Shown here piece after piece: positions 48,309 to 59,550 of a stretch of 64,000 nt of DNA; position 1 is the stretch's first letter, and each line of letters begins with the position of its first letter. A program made the position numbers and the translations under genes. The DNA is taken from positions 73,769 through 137,768 of the forward strand of contig JAWBXB010000002.1 in NCBI GenBank assembly GCA_038868075.1, in the 5' to 3' direction. Origin of the DNA: Candidatus Bathyarchaeia archaeon (GTDB lineage Archaea > Thermoproteota > Bathyarchaeia > Bathyarchaeales > DTEX01). The notes beneath the pieces are model-generated. The model was not told the DNA's origin, ran no database searches, and worked only from the letters and a program-made list of their open reading frames with translations.

Positions 48309-49211
48309 TTGAAGATTTTTATTGACTCTGCTGAAATTGAGGAGATTAAGCGGGCTTGTGAGTGGGGTATTATAGATGGTGCCACAACTAATCCATCATT
48401 GATTAAGAAAGCGGTTGATAAGAGGCATGGAAAAATCACTATGGAAGACTATATTAAGGAGATTCTTAGGACTGTTCCCGGACCAGTAAGCTTGGAAGTT
48501 ATTGCGGTTAAAGCTGACGAGATGGTTGAGCAGGCTAAATTACTTTACGAAAAGTTCAGTCCATATGGTGAGGTCGTTATTAAAATACCAGTGAACCCAA
48601 GCTTGGGAGATGATGGATTAGATTTCGATGGATTAAGAGCTATAAAACAATTAAGTAAGCAAGGTATACCAGTAAACTGTACATTAGTTATGACTCCGGA
48701 GCAGGCGCTTTTAGCGGCTAAGGCTGGAGCAACATATGTAAGCCCGTTCGCTGGCAGAATAGATGATTACATTAGAACAAAGATGGGTATGAGAATAGGT
48801 GTAGATTTTAAGAAAGGAGACTACTTCGACTATGATTTAATTTGTAAAATAAGAGATTTGAAGCTAAATGAAACCATATTAGGGCATAAATCAATATCCG
48901 AAACCTACAAAAATCAAGATGTAATGAGCATAATTCATACAAGCCAAGATAACGGTATTATTAGTGGAGTAGATTTAGTTGCGAAAATAGTTAAAATCTA
49001 TAGGAATTATGGATATAAGACGCAAGTCATCGCATCCAGTATTAGGAACGCTAGGCAGGTTAGAGAGATCGCCGAAGTCGGCGTGGATATAGCGACCTTA
49101 CCATTTGAAGTAATATTAGAGATGGTCAGACATTATAAGACGCTAGAGGGAATGCGCGACTTCATGGCGGACGTTGTACCCCAATATGAAGAGATATTTA
49201 AACGCAAATAA
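48309..49211 (+). CDS. tal: Transaldolase/fructose-6-phosphate aldolase with an internal insertion
   Basis: FIDSA, GATTNPSLI, VIKIP, VNCTLV, YVSPFAGRIDD, ASSIR. Confidence 0.88.
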   Translation: MKIFIDSAEIEEIKRACEWGIIDGATTNPSLIKKAVDKRHGKITMEDYIKEILRTVPGPVSLEVIAVKADEMVEQAKLLYEKFSPYGEVVIKIPVNPSLGDDGLDFDGLRAIKQLSKQGIPVNCTLVMTPEQALLAAKAGATYVSPFAGRIDDYIRTKMGMRIGVDFKKGDYFDYDLICKIRDLKLNETILGHKSISETYKNQDVMSIIHTSQDNGIISGVDLVAKIVKIYRNYGYKTQVIASSIRNARQVREIAEVGVDIATLPFEVILEMVRHYKTLEGMRDFMADVVPQYEEIFKRK

Positions 49212-49479
49212 TACGACCACCCAATTAGATAGAAAACTCACCTATTTTTTGAAAAGGTCACACTTCAGGAAGCCTCCATATTTTTTGTTGGCGATTTTTC
49301 CAGCCACTGGACTCTTGAGAAGCCTACCGTCCTTGTCTCAGACATAAAAAATGTCTAAAAGATTGGCGAAGAAGCGTTACGCCAATAAGTTCTCTTAGGT
49401 CAAAGGATAATAAATTGATCTATCTTCATAGGTAGCCAAAAATAATGGATACAAAAGCATCGACAAATATAGATAGCAT

Positions 49480-51909
49480 CTATCCTTTTCTTTCCAGCAT
49501 ACGTTCTAGATATGGACGTGACTTCTCGTTCTCAGCCATTATTCTATCCCGCCCTATCTCTTCAAGCTTAGCAGCCATCTCCTTAATTATCTGCGCGAAC
49601 TTTACGCCTTCAGCTGCCGAAACATATTCAACCCTAAATCTATCAGGTGTTAAGCCAAGTTTCTCTAGGGCTTTAGCAAGAGCATCCATCCTAACCCTCA
49701 TCTTAAGGTTTCCATCAATATAGTGGCAGTCGTATGGGTGACATGCACCTACAAGGACCATTCCAGCACCTTTCTTGAAGGCGTAAAGTATGAAGTCTCT
49801 GTCGACGCGACCGGAACACATGACCTTAACAATCCTTATATTAGGCGGATACTCAAAGCGGCTCGTCCCAGCAAGATCAGCGCCAGCATAAGCACACCAA
49901 TTACAGCATATCCCCAAAATTTTATCCTCCGGATTATTCTCTAAGGCAGCATCTATCTGGGCCAGTATCTGCGCATCAGTGAAGTGCATCTGCGTTATCG
50001 CATCAGCCGGGCACTCAGCTCCACATGTTCCGCAACCATGGCACATGGCCGCTATAACCTGTGCTGGCATACCCGGCTCAGCCTTTATAGCACCATATGG
50101 GCATTTCATTGAGCATATACCGCACTTAACCTTAGTGTTCCTACACTTCTCCGGATCAACGACGGAAACTATCGGCTCAATTGTGACCAATGGTTTCGAG
50201 AGTATTGTTGCAGCTCTAGCTGCAGCCCCGCAACCCTGGGCGACGCTGTATGGAATATCCTTTGGTCCTTGGCATGCTCCGGCCAGAAATATCCCGTCGA
50301 CTGGTGTATCTAATGGCTTGAGCTTCGGATGGCTCTCCATGAAGAATCCATCAGCGCCCCTAGTTATGTTTAGGATTCTTGCAATCTCTTCTGAGCCCTT
50401 AGCTGGTATGGCGGCTGTTGCCAGAACAACCATCTCAGCTTCGAGTTCTATGGGCTCCCCAAGCAATGTATCCTCAGCGTGTATTATTAGGTTCTTTGTC
50501 TTCGGGTCTTCCTCAATCTTCGAGACCCTTCCCCTAATGAAGTTCACACCCATCTCCCTGGCCCTCTGATAGAATTCCTCGTATCCCTTGAAGTGGCTGC
50601 GTAAATCCATATAGAAAACGTAGACCTCAACATCATCTCCATAATGCTCCTTAAGCTGTATTGTGTGCTTAAGCGTATACATGCAGCAGAAGTTTGAGCA
50701 GTAAGGATACTTGTTCACGTCCCTTGAGCCAACACACTGAATGAATGCAACAACCTTAGGTCTCTTGCCATCAGATGCCCTAACAACATGACCACCAGTG
50801 GGACCAGCCGCTAGTATAAGTCTCTCAAACTCTAGGCTTGTTATAACATTACTATATTTGCCATAGCCGTAGAGGTTGCCTTCTTTAGGCAAATAAATAT
50901 CATATCCGGTTGCAACAATTATCGCGCCAACCTTAAGCTCGATCTCCTCGGGCTTCTGGTCGAAGTCTATTGCTTGGCGTGGGCCACAGGCATCAACACA
51001 CTTATAGCATTCTATACAATAGTCCCGGTTTATCCTGTAAACGAGTGGAACAGCTTGCGGGAATGGAACAGATATAGCCTTCCTAACGCCTAAGTTCATA
51101 TCCCAGTCATTAGGATATTCTATTGGGCATACTGGCGAGCACTCACCGCATCCAGTGCACTTATCCTCCAGAACATAGCGCGGGTTCTTTCTAATAACAA
51201 CCCTAAAGTTGCCAATATAACCCTCAACCTTCACCAAATCGGCGAAGGAAATTATTTCAATATTTGGATGACGGGCAACATCAACCATTTTAGGTCCTTC
51301 AATACAGATCGAGCAGTCAAGCGTCGGGAACGTCTTATCTAATTGGGCCATATGCCCGCCTATGCTCTCCTTCTTCTCCAGTAAGTAGACTTTAAAGCCC
51401 ATCTCAGCTAAATCTAGAGCTGCATTTATGCCAGCTATTCCCCCGCCTATTACTAGGGCCGTAGGCGTCACTGGAACTTTTATTGGCTCTAGGGGGACTA
51501 GGAGCCTAGCCTTAGCGACAGCCATCTTAACCAATTCCTTAGCCTTCTCAGTCGCCTCCTTAGGATGGCTTGGGTGAGCCCAGGAGCAGTGTTCCCTAAT
51601 ATTTGCCATCTCAAATAAGTATGGGTTTAAGCCAGCCTCAGCAACACATCTCCTAAACGTGAACTCATGCATTCTAGGCGAGCATGCTGCAACAACAACA
51701 CGGTTAAGATTATAATCTTTTATTGCCTTTTTAATCTCCTCTTGTCCAGGATCGGAGCAAGTATACCTATTATCCACGGCGAAGACGACGTCTGGTAGTG
51801 TGCGCGCATACTCAACAACCTCCTTAACATTCACCACCCCAGCTATGTTTAAGCCGCAGTGACAGACAAAGACGCCTATTCTCACATCTCCAGGTTTTGA
51901 TTCGCTCAT
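49480..51909 (-). CDS. hdrA: Heterodisulfide reductase subunit A fused to MvhD/FlpD
   Basis: GVFVCHCG, VVAACSPR, GGGIAG, KTFPTLDCSICI, CVGSR..YCSNFCC, ferredoxin inserts, and a C-terminal CCNWCAYAGAD...MCSGRV..CHPYDCHY MvhD domain. Confidence 0.93.
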   Translation of the reverse strand: MSESKPGDVRIGVFVCHCGLNIAGVVNVKEVVEYARTLPDVVFAVDNRYTCSDPGQEEIKKAIKDYNLNRVVVAACSPRMHEFTFRRCVAEAGLNPYLFEMANIREHCSWAHPSHPKEATEKAKELVKMAVAKARLLVPLEPIKVPVTPTALVIGGGIAGINAALDLAEMGFKVYLLEKKESIGGHMAQLDKTFPTLDCSICIEGPKMVDVARHPNIEIISFADLVKVEGYIGNFRVVIRKNPRYVLEDKCTGCGECSPVCPIEYPNDWDMNLGVRKAISVPFPQAVPLVYRINRDYCIECYKCVDACGPRQAIDFDQKPEEIELKVGAIIVATGYDIYLPKEGNLYGYGKYSNVITSLEFERLILAAGPTGGHVVRASDGKRPKVVAFIQCVGSRDVNKYPYCSNFCCMYTLKHTIQLKEHYGDDVEVYVFYMDLRSHFKGYEEFYQRAREMGVNFIRGRVSKIEEDPKTKNLIIHAEDTLLGEPIELEAEMVVLATAAIPAKGSEEIARILNITRGADGFFMESHPKLKPLDTPVDGIFLAGACQGPKDIPYSVAQGCGAAARAATILSKPLVTIEPIVSVVDPEKCRNTKVKCGICSMKCPYGAIKAEPGMPAQVIAAMCHGCGTCGAECPADAITQMHFTDAQILAQIDAALENNPEDKILGICCNWCAYAGADLAGTSRFEYPPNIRIVKVMCSGRVDRDFILYAFKKGAGMVLVGACHPYDCHYIDGNLKMRVRMDALAKALEKLGLTPDRFRVEYVSAAEGVKFAQIIKEMAAKLEEIGRDRIMAENEKSRPYLERMLERKG

Positions 51910-52796
51910 CTCCTAACCCGACCTCCTAACCGAAGTCTTCTAACAGAATCATAAGTTCTTTGCGCGGATTTACTGCGGATTTCCTTAGCCATATTTAATG
52001 TTGAGGTTAACCTTTCTAGGGCTTTATTCCAAGCCCCAGATTTAACGGGGGCATGATGGAAGGATACTCTCCTAATCTCTATTGCACCCTTAATAGGGCA
52101 GACATTCACACACGCGCCGCAATAAACACAGAACAAATCGTTGACACCAACCCTTCCATTATCAGAAAGGAATAAAACGCTTGGTATGGGGCATGCGTTA
52201 ACACATTCTCTGCATCCCTCAGGACATAATGCATTATTCACCCCTATCGTTCCAGATATAATCTTCCTGGTATGTATCGCGTTATATGGGCATTTAACCT
52301 CGCATATTCGGCAGCCGGGACAATGCTTCCTATCCACATCAACCTTAACTCTATTATTCGCCTCATCGAAGCTGACCTTAATTAGGTTTAGTGGGCATGC
52401 CTCCTCACATACTTTACAACCAACTGGACATTTGCTCTCTTCAACCTTAACTTCATGAATTATCTTTGGAAAACTCTCACTTTCTAAAACCGGAATATGT
52501 TCCTCACCATTTATACTTTGTTTGAAGGCACCGAAGATGCATATTTCGCTGCATATTCCACAGAAATTACACTTATCCTCTAAAACAGTCACTGTTATTC
52601 TTTTCGGCGGCTCCTCAATTTCCTTGAAATCAGATGGCTTAACAATTTTTATTGCCTCTTTTGGACAGGCTGCTTCGCAGAGCTCACAGCCGACGCATCT
52701 GCTTCTATTAAGTGACAATGTATAACGCTTAGTATACATTATTCTCTCTAGGAGAAGCGATTTTCCATCCTCAATTTTAACGAGTTTTACTGGCAA
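51906..52796 (-). CDS. Polyferredoxin (FwdF/MvhB-like)
   Basis: Six ferredoxin-type Cys motifs; overlaps the hdrA start by 4 nt. Confidence 0.88.
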   Translation of the reverse strand: MPVKLVKIEDGKSLLLERIMYTKRYTLSLNRSRCVGCELCEAACPKEAIKIVKPSDFKEIEEPPKRITVTVLEDKCNFCGICSEICIFGAFKQSINGEEHIPVLESESFPKIIHEVKVEESKCPVGCKVCEEACPLNLIKVSFDEANNRVKVDVDRKHCPGCRICEVKCPYNAIHTRKIISGTIGVNNALCPEGCRECVNACPIPSVLFLSDNGRVGVNDLFCVYCGACVNVCPIKGAIEIRRVSFHHAPVKSGAWNKALERLTSTLNMAKEIRSKSAQRTYDSVRRLRLGGRVRR

Positions 52797-52945
52797 TTCT
52801 CCTCAACCTGCATGAATTTTACAGCTATAAGATTATGGAAAATAAGAACTTTACGTTAAATTTACCTTAATAATGTTGTTTAAGCCGAAATACTTTATAG
52901 GGGCATTTAAGCTATCTCTTTAAGTTTAAAGCATAAGACTACTAG

Positions 52946-54250
52946 GTGCATTACATGTCAACTCAGATGAGAGCTGCGAAAGAGGGACGAGAGACCGAAG
53001 AGATGCGAATAGTCGCTGCTGATGAGGGTGAAACTCCGGAGAATATACGTAAGCGGGTTGCGGAAGGAACAGTTATAATAGCTAGAAACATTCAGCGCGA
53101 TAATAGCCATCCGATAGGTATAGGGAAAGGTCTAAGGATAAAGGTTAACGCTAACATTGGGACAAGTCAAGACATATGCGACCTAAACCTGGAGATCGAG
53201 AAGGCTAAGATTGCCATTAGATATGGTGCTGATACAATAATGGATCTAAGTACTGGTGGAGACTTAGATGAAATACGAAGGGCAATAATTAAAGCTGTTA
53301 ATGTTCCAGTTGGAACCGTCCCAATATATCAGGCTGCCATAGAAGCTGCCATAAAGAGGGGTTCAATCGTTCACATGACTGAGGACGACATATTTAACAC
53401 GATAGAGAAGCACGCTAAAGACGGCGTAGACTTTATGACAGTTCACTGTGGGGTCACAAAAGATGTTGTGAAGAAGCTTGCGAAGCAGCCGCGTCTAATG
53501 GGCATAGTGAGCAGGGGCGGGGTCTTCTTAGCCGCTTGGATGCTCCATAATGATGAGGAAAACCCACTCTATAAAAACTATGATTATCTGCTTGAGTTAG
53601 CCTCAAAATATGATTTCACATTAAGCCTAGGAGATGGGCTTAGACCAGGATGCATATTCGATTCAACAGACTACTATCAAATTCAGGAGCTGCTAACAAT
53701 AGGCGGACTCGTTGAGAAGGCTAGGGAAACTGGTGTCCAAGCTATGGTTGAGGGCCCAGGTCATTTACCGCTAAATCATGTTGAAGCAAATGTTAAACTT
53801 GCGAAATCAATCTGTAAAGACGCCCCCTTCTATGTTCTTGGACCAGTTGTGACGGAGATAGCCCCAGGATACGATCATATTGTAGGCGCGATTGGGGGAG
53901 CGCTAGCTGGATTGGCTGGAGCGGACTTCTTATGCTATGTAACCCCAGCTGAACATCTTGGGTTACCATCCTTAGAGGATGTTAGGGAGGGGGTTATAGC
54001 CGCTAGGATAGCTGCGCATGTAGCCGACATAGTTAGGCTTGGAGAGAAAGCTACATTAAGAGACTTTGAGATGGCCAGAGCTAGGGCAAATTTAGACTGG
54101 AGGCGACAGATAGAGAATGCCATAGATCCGGAGAAAGCGATAAAAATTCGCGGAAGATCTAGACTTAAAAGTCCGGAGGCTTGTTCAATGTGCTCCGAAT
54201 ATTGCGCAATAAAGATGCTGAGGGAAGCGTTAAAATCTCAATGCTTTTGA
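52946..54250 (+). CDS. thiC: Phosphomethylpyrimidine synthase
   Basis: [45 protein letters not shown]. Confidence 0.96.
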   Translation: MHYMSTQMRAAKEGRETEEMRIVAADEGETPENIRKRVAEGTVIIARNIQRDNSHPIGIGKGLRIKVNANIGTSQDICDLNLEIEKAKIAIRYGADTIMDLSTGGDLDEIRRAIIKAVNVPVGTVPIYQAAIEAAIKRGSIVHMTEDDIFNTIEKHAKDGVDFMTVHCGVTKDVVKKLAKQPRLMGIVSRGGVFLAAWMLHNDEENPLYKNYDYLLELASKYDFTLSLGDGLRPGCIFDSTDYYQIQELLTIGGLVEKARETGVQAMVEGPGHLPLNHVEANVKLAKSICKDAPFYVLGPVVTEIAPGYDHIVGAIGGALAGLAGADFLCYVTPAEHLGLPSLEDVREGVIAARIAAHVADIVRLGEKATLRDFEMARARANLDWRRQIENAIDPEKAIKIRGRSRLKSPEACSMCSEYCAIKMLREALKSQCF

Positions 54251-54293
54251 TATCAATGAGCCTACAATCTTAAGAGAATGAGGCTTAAGGATT

Positions 54294-55670
54294 ATGTTTG
54301 GAATAATTGGAGATTTGAGAAAAGTTCCAGTAGCAATAACTATCGCTGGTAGCGACTCGGGTGGAGGCGCTGGAGTACAAGCTGATTTAAAAACCTTTGC
54401 TGCGCTTGGTGTTCACGGCACAACAGCAATAACGTGTATAACAGCCCAAAACACCTATTCTATAACATCTATAGAATGCGCTAAACCGGAGATTGTGAGA
54501 GAACAAATTAGACAAGTAGCTGAAGATATGGGAATAAATGCAGGAAAAACTGGTATGCTGTATACTGAGGAGATTATCAGAGCTGTTTCCGAAGAAATAT
54601 CAAAGTATGGTTTCCCATTGATCGTTGACCCCGTTATGGTCGCCAAGTCTGGGGCTCCCTTGCTGAAGCCAGAGGCTGAGGCTGCATTAAAAAGGTATCT
54701 CCTCCCTTTAGCAACAATCTTAACACCTAATAGGTTTGAAGCTGAGAGACTTATTGGCGGGAAGGTTAGGAGCATTGAAGATGCCAAAAGGGCGGCTAAA
54801 GAGATATGTTCTATGGGACCGAAAGCCGTTATTATTAAAGGTGGACACTTAGATGTTCCAAAAGAAGCAGTTGATGTTCTCTATTATATGGGTGAATACA
54901 AGATATTTAAAGCGCCAAGATTAGATGCGAGGACAACTCATGGAACTGGCTGTAGTTTCTCAGCGGCTATAACAGCATTCATAGCGAAGGGTGAAGACAT
55001 ATTATCAGCGATTAAACATGCGAAGGATTTCATTATAGAGGCGATAAAATTTGGTTTAGCTATCGGTAAGGGTGCTGGACCAGTTAATCCGCTAGCCCCA
55101 TTGTATCGTGAGGCTGCAAAATATAGCGTTTTAAAAAGTGTTGATGAGGCTAGAAAGATTCTTGAATCTTCACCCCATATCGCTGAGCTGGCACCTGAAG
55201 TTGGAATAAACGTTGCAATGGCGCTTCCCTATGCTGAGAGCATTAAGGACGTGGTGGCCATCCCCGGAAGATTAATGAAAGCCTTTAACAGCGTTAAATC
55301 CTCCTCTCCACCTGAGTTTGGGGCTTCAAGCCATTTAGCTCGATATCTGCTTGAGTTAATGAAATACGACCCTGAAAAAAAGGCCGCAATTAATATAAAA
55401 TTTTCAACGAAGATAATCGAGATACTTAGGGAAATGGGTCTGAAAATATCATTTTATGATAGAAAGGAGGAGCCTCCTGAAGTTAAATACGCTGAGGGCA
55501 TGACTATACCATGGGGTGTTAGGCAAGCCATCTCAAGAATAAGCGGGGTTCCCGACGTCATATATCATATGGGGGATTTTGGGAAGGAACCAATGATAGT
55601 TATCTTTGGAAAGGATGCCGCTGAACTGGCAAGAAAAATTGCTGAGATACCATCTAAACTATTCCGGTAG
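54294..55670 (+). CDS. thiDN: Bifunctional HMP/HMP-P kinase and thiamine-phosphate synthase
   Basis: [20 protein letters not shown], followed by a ThiN domain ([17 protein letters not shown]). Confidence 0.93.
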   Translation: MFGIIGDLRKVPVAITIAGSDSGGGAGVQADLKTFAALGVHGTTAITCITAQNTYSITSIECAKPEIVREQIRQVAEDMGINAGKTGMLYTEEIIRAVSEEISKYGFPLIVDPVMVAKSGAPLLKPEAEAALKRYLLPLATILTPNRFEAERLIGGKVRSIEDAKRAAKEICSMGPKAVIIKGGHLDVPKEAVDVLYYMGEYKIFKAPRLDARTTHGTGCSFSAAITAFIAKGEDILSAIKHAKDFIIEAIKFGLAIGKGAGPVNPLAPLYREAAKYSVLKSVDEARKILESSPHIAELAPEVGINVAMALPYAESIKDVVAIPGRLMKAFNSVKSSSPPEFGASSHLARYLLELMKYDPEKKAAINIKFSTKIIEILREMGLKISFYDRKEEPPEVKYAEGMTIPWGVRQAISRISGVPDVIYHMGDFGKEPMIVIFGKDAAELARKIAEIPSKLFR

Positions 55671-55799
55671 CCGAGTTACAAGTATCACTGTAAAGCGAAG
55701 AGACCAGTTTAGAGGCGCCAAGTAGGGAACTAAAGCAACTTTAAATAATAGGAATTAAAGAAATTATCAGTAAAGATTGCTAAAATTGGTGTTAAAATA

Positions 55800-56438
55800 A
55801 TGAGGATAAAATTTCCAAGGATGCGCCTTCCCTTGATTATTTTTGTAATACTTGTTTTGTCCCTCTTAACCTCCGGGCTTATAATAATTAACTCTGTTTT
55901 AACTAGCAATTTAACTGAGGATGGATGTATATATTTTAAGACTGATCTTATTGAGTTTAAGTTCCCAAGAAACTGGTCCGCTGGTAAGTGGAAATATGAA
56001 AATGGAAGCAAGTACTTGTTCGGCGTGAGTATAACAAATATTGATAGTAGCGCATATATCTGCTTAGCGTTTCATAATGAGGAAAGTACTCGTGAAATAA
56101 TGGAGAAATACAATCTTGCCAATGAGATGGAAATCACATTATTTGAGGTTAAATTAACTTACGAGGGACTGAATAAGAGTAGTGGGCAGGCGGTTTTACA
56201 TTTTATGGAGAATGGAACGATAACCCTCTCATTCGGCCAAGCTTATTACAGAATTATATTTATAGAAAATGCGCTTAAACGCGGCGATATTTCATATAAT
56301 TTCACTGGAATGTTTGCGTCTGTATTAATAAAGGATCGCCTCCTTGAAATTTTCTCATATGATCTAAAAGGCACTTGGAATGAAACAAGAAGGGTTCTCC
56401 AGATAATTTTAGATTCTTTAGTGGTGAAAGAAGAATGA
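55800..56438 (+). CDS. Hypothetical protein with N-terminal membrane anchor (PsbP-like motif FKFPRNW)
   Basis: N-terminal hydrophobic helix; family uncertain. Confidence 0.6.
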   Translation: MRIKFPRMRLPLIIFVILVLSLLTSGLIIINSVLTSNLTEDGCIYFKTDLIEFKFPRNWSAGKWKYENGSKYLFGVSITNIDSSAYICLAFHNEESTREIMEKYNLANEMEITLFEVKLTYEGLNKSSGQAVLHFMENGTITLSFGQAYYRIIFIENALKRGDISYNFTGMFASVLIKDRLLEIFSYDLKGTWNETRRVLQIILDSLVVKEE

Positions 56439-56439
56439 G

Positions 56440-56901
56440 GTGGAAAGAATGGAATTCGGTCGAATATTAAATCTAATAATAGGGGGAGCAATCTGTCTTT
56501 TCATCTTCCTTATACTTGAGGAGGCAATACGACAATTTTTCATATCCTCAAATATTCTTGGTATATTAATTTTTGATGAAGCGCGATTAGCTTATAATCT
56601 TATTAAAATCGGATGCGCTTATTTACCAGCTGGATTTTTAGGTGGATTATTTGTTGGATATAGGGATAAGGAGAATCTTAAAATAATTCTTCTCTTTCCC
56701 AGTATAATTGGCTTTATATTCTGGGCGATTTTAAATTACTTCTTTGGTTATTGGGGATTTATACCAGTAGATTATTTAAACATGGTTATTATGCCGCTGT
56801 TCTCACTGACGGCTGGCGCATATTTAGGCGGCTACACTGTTAATTGGCCTACTGAGAGAAAACCTAAAGAGGAAAGAGTGAGTCTCATATTTAAGGAATA
56901 A
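56440..56901 (+). CDS. Hypothetical four-TM membrane protein
   Basis: Hydrophobic helices; starts 1 nt after the upstream stop. Confidence 0.65.
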   Translation: MERMEFGRILNLIIGGAICLFIFLILEEAIRQFFISSNILGILIFDEARLAYNLIKIGCAYLPAGFLGGLFVGYRDKENLKIILLFPSIIGFIFWAILNYFFGYWGFIPVDYLNMVIMPLFSLTAGAYLGGYTVNWPTERKPKEERVSLIFKE

Positions 56902-56902
56902 G

Positions 56903-58288
56903 TTATAGGATTACCAGTATTGATATGTCATTCACGTTAGTTCCGGTGGGACCAGTATAAATTAGGTCTCGCAACTCCTTAAAGAAGGAATAGGAATCAT
57001 TATTGTATAGGTACTCTTTAGCATTAAGTCCCATCATCTCTGAGCGATATACCGTGTTTCCATCAACTATTGCTCCTGCAGCATCGGTTGGCCCATCGAT
57101 ACCATCTGTACTCACTGAAGCTAAAGCCACGCCTCCTAATCCAGATATATTTAGTGCTGAAGCTAAAGCTATCTCCTGATTTCTGCCACCAATGCCTCTG
57201 CCCACTACTGTAACAGTTGTTTCTCCCCCTATAACTATGCCTGCAGGTCTTGGTATCGGATTACCTGAAGAAATAATTTCTTTAGCTATAGCACCAATAA
57301 ATAAGCCAATATTCCGAGCTTCACCCTCAGCGTATGATGTTAATAGCAGGGTATTTAGCCCAATACTTTTTAACTCATTTACCGCTGAAAGACACGCAAT
57401 TCTATTGCCCCCTACAATAAAATTGTGGGTTCTCTCAAAACATGGGTCGCCCTGTTTCGGCGTCTCTTTAATCAATCCTTTCTCACCATCCTGAAGAAGT
57501 TTTTTAATAGATTCTGGGGCACTATCCCAAAGATTATATCTTTTTAGAATGCTAATTGCATCTTTGAACGTTGTTGAATCAGGAACCGTTGGACCAGAAG
57601 CTATTGCATCTAGTGGATCGCCTATTACATCTGAAAGCAATAATCCAATTAATGTCGCTGGATAAGCGCTTCTCGCCAATTGTCCGCCCTTAAATTTTGA
57701 CAAATGCTTCCTGACAACATTTATCTCATTAATCGTCGCCCCAGATTTCAAAAGTGCTTCTGTAATCCTTCTTTTATCCTCAAGAGAAATTTTTTCATGC
57801 GGATAAGCCATGAGACTTGATCCTCCCCCAGATATTAAGCATATTATTAGATCTGATTCCTCGGCTTTTTCAGCAATCTCCATAATCTTTTTTGCGCCAC
57901 TCACGCTATTTTGATCTGGAACCGGATGACTTGCCTCATGAATCTTTATTATACTAGTTTTAAACTTATTTGAAGTTCCGTAAGGAACAACTACTATTCC
58001 ATCACTTATTCTTTCCCCTAAAATTTCCTCAATAGCTTCAGCCATATATCCACTTGCCTTTCCACCACCAATCACAAATATTCTCCTAAAACGTCTGAGG
58101 TCAAAGGATTTATTGTCTATTACGAGCTTTTCCTCAAATATCCTAACTTTCGAATAAATGAGAGCTTTCGGATTCACTGATTCCATAACTTTCTCAACAA
58201 CATCTAAAACTATTTTTCTAGCTTTCCAGTCGACATCGGAAAGAGCATTGCTAAGTAGTGTTTCCTTATTCTTGATTTTAACGCTCAT
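56903..58288 (-). CDS. gck: Glycerate 2-kinase (MOFRL family)
   Basis: GGGKA, EASHPVPD, LISGGGSSL, SDVIGDP..IASGPT, GGETTV, GGRNQE, TDGIDG, TGTNVND. Confidence 0.93.
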   Translation of the reverse strand: MSVKIKNKETLLSNALSDVDWKARKIVLDVVEKVMESVNPKALIYSKVRIFEEKLVIDNKSFDLRRFRRIFVIGGGKASGYMAEAIEEILGERISDGIVVVPYGTSNKFKTSIIKIHEASHPVPDQNSVSGAKKIMEIAEKAEESDLIICLISGGGSSLMAYPHEKISLEDKRRITEALLKSGATINEINVVRKHLSKFKGGQLARSAYPATLIGLLLSDVIGDPLDAIASGPTVPDSTTFKDAISILKRYNLWDSAPESIKKLLQDGEKGLIKETPKQGDPCFERTHNFIVGGNRIACLSAVNELKSIGLNTLLLTSYAEGEARNIGLFIGAIAKEIISSGNPIPRPAGIVIGGETTVTVVGRGIGGRNQEIALASALNISGLGGVALASVSTDGIDGPTDAAGAIVDGNTVYRSEMMGLNAKEYLYNNDSYSFFKELRDLIYTGPTGTNVNDISILVIL

Positions 58289-58460
58289 GCAATATCACCA
58301 GAGATACTAGGTTATTGTTATTAGTTTTTGATAGTGATAAAAAGAGTTCTACCGATTATTATTACTAATGCTTCATAAAATACTTTATGCTGGTGACTTA
58401 ATTCCTACGTATTTAGCACCAAGCTAGAAAATTATTTTTCTCAGAGTATCATTTTCTTTT

Positions 58461-59531
58461 GTGGGAGAGTATTTGGGAACATTAATCAATTTACCTAATA
58501 TTCGTGAATCAATCTTCTATAATAAGACCTCTGGTGAGAATGTTGAATGCATACTATGCGAGCGAAGATGCGTGATTCCCTCGGGAAGATATGGATTTTG
58601 TAGAACGCGATTAAATATTGATGGTAAACTTTATACAGTGGTTTATGGCGCCTTAAGCGCTATAGAAAGCAGGCCGATAGAGATTAAACCCTTCTTCCAC
58701 TATTGGCCAGGCTCAACAGCCCTTACATTCTCTACATGGTCATGTAATTTTAATTGTCCATGGTGCCAGAATTGGAGCTTATCAAAGACTTCGCCAAACC
58801 CGGAGAGCATGGAATATTATGAGCCGTTTGATATTGTTGACTTAGCTCTCCAGTCTGGTGATGAGGGATTATGCGCAAGCTTTCAGGAGCCCACGCTACT
58901 AACCGATTGGAATATTGATACCTTTAAGATTGGGCGCGAGAGAGGTTTGTATGCATGCTATGTTTCAAATGGATATATGACGCTTGAGGTCTTGAGAGTC
59001 CTTCGGGAGTCTGGTATGGATGGGCTAAAGATCGACATTAAGGGGGATTCCGAGGTTTACGAAAAATTCTGTGGTGGGATAGAATTAGAGAAGGTTTGGA
59101 GAAATGTCAGGGAGGCGAAGAAAATGGGTTTCCACATTGAATTAGTTAACCTTGTGATCACTGATGTTAATGATGATGAGGAGTGTTTGAGGGAGATTAT
59201 TGAAAGAGCGCTTAAAGAGACTGGTCCAGATACACCAATTCACTTCACAAGATATTATCCAGCATATAAATTTGATAAGCCAGCAACCAGCATAAAGACC
59301 CTAGAGAAAGCCTACGAGATGGCTAGGAGCATGGGTATGTTATATCCATATATAGGCAATGTTCCAGGGCATAGATATGAGCATACGTACTGCCCGAACT
59401 GCAATGAGCCGCTTATAAAAAGGTATGGTTTCAGTGTCGTGCGCTATAATGTCACAAAGGATAATAAGTGTCCGAAGTGTGGCGCCAGCATAAATATACA
59501 TGGAAGATACGTTAGGAAGGGGCACATCTAG
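58461..59531 (+). CDS. AmmeMemoRadiSam-type (PflA-like) radical SAM enzyme
   Basis: CILCERRC..C, IEIKPFFH, CNFNCPWCQNW, HFTRYYP, CPNC...CPKC. Confidence 0.88.
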   Translation: MGEYLGTLINLPNIRESIFYNKTSGENVECILCERRCVIPSGRYGFCRTRLNIDGKLYTVVYGALSAIESRPIEIKPFFHYWPGSTALTFSTWSCNFNCPWCQNWSLSKTSPNPESMEYYEPFDIVDLALQSGDEGLCASFQEPTLLTDWNIDTFKIGRERGLYACYVSNGYMTLEVLRVLRESGMDGLKIDIKGDSEVYEKFCGGIELEKVWRNVREAKKMGFHIELVNLVITDVNDDEECLREIIERALKETGPDTPIHFTRYYPAYKFDKPATSIKTLEKAYEMARSMGMLYPYIGNVPGHRYEHTYCPNCNEPLIKRYGFSVVRYNVTKDNKCPKCGASINIHGRYVRKGHI

Positions 59532-59550
59532 CATATTATTGGGGGATGAT

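Noticed and set aside
49340-49390. Small hairpins (AGACAT/ATGTCT, TTGGCG/CGCCAA) between convergent tal and hdrA
   Set aside because: The 6-bp stems are not significant, and archaeal termination is mostly U-tract based.
52800-52945. Possible TPP riboswitch upstream of thiC
   Set aside because: No CUGAGA core or GC-rich stems; the region is plain AT-rich promoter DNA.
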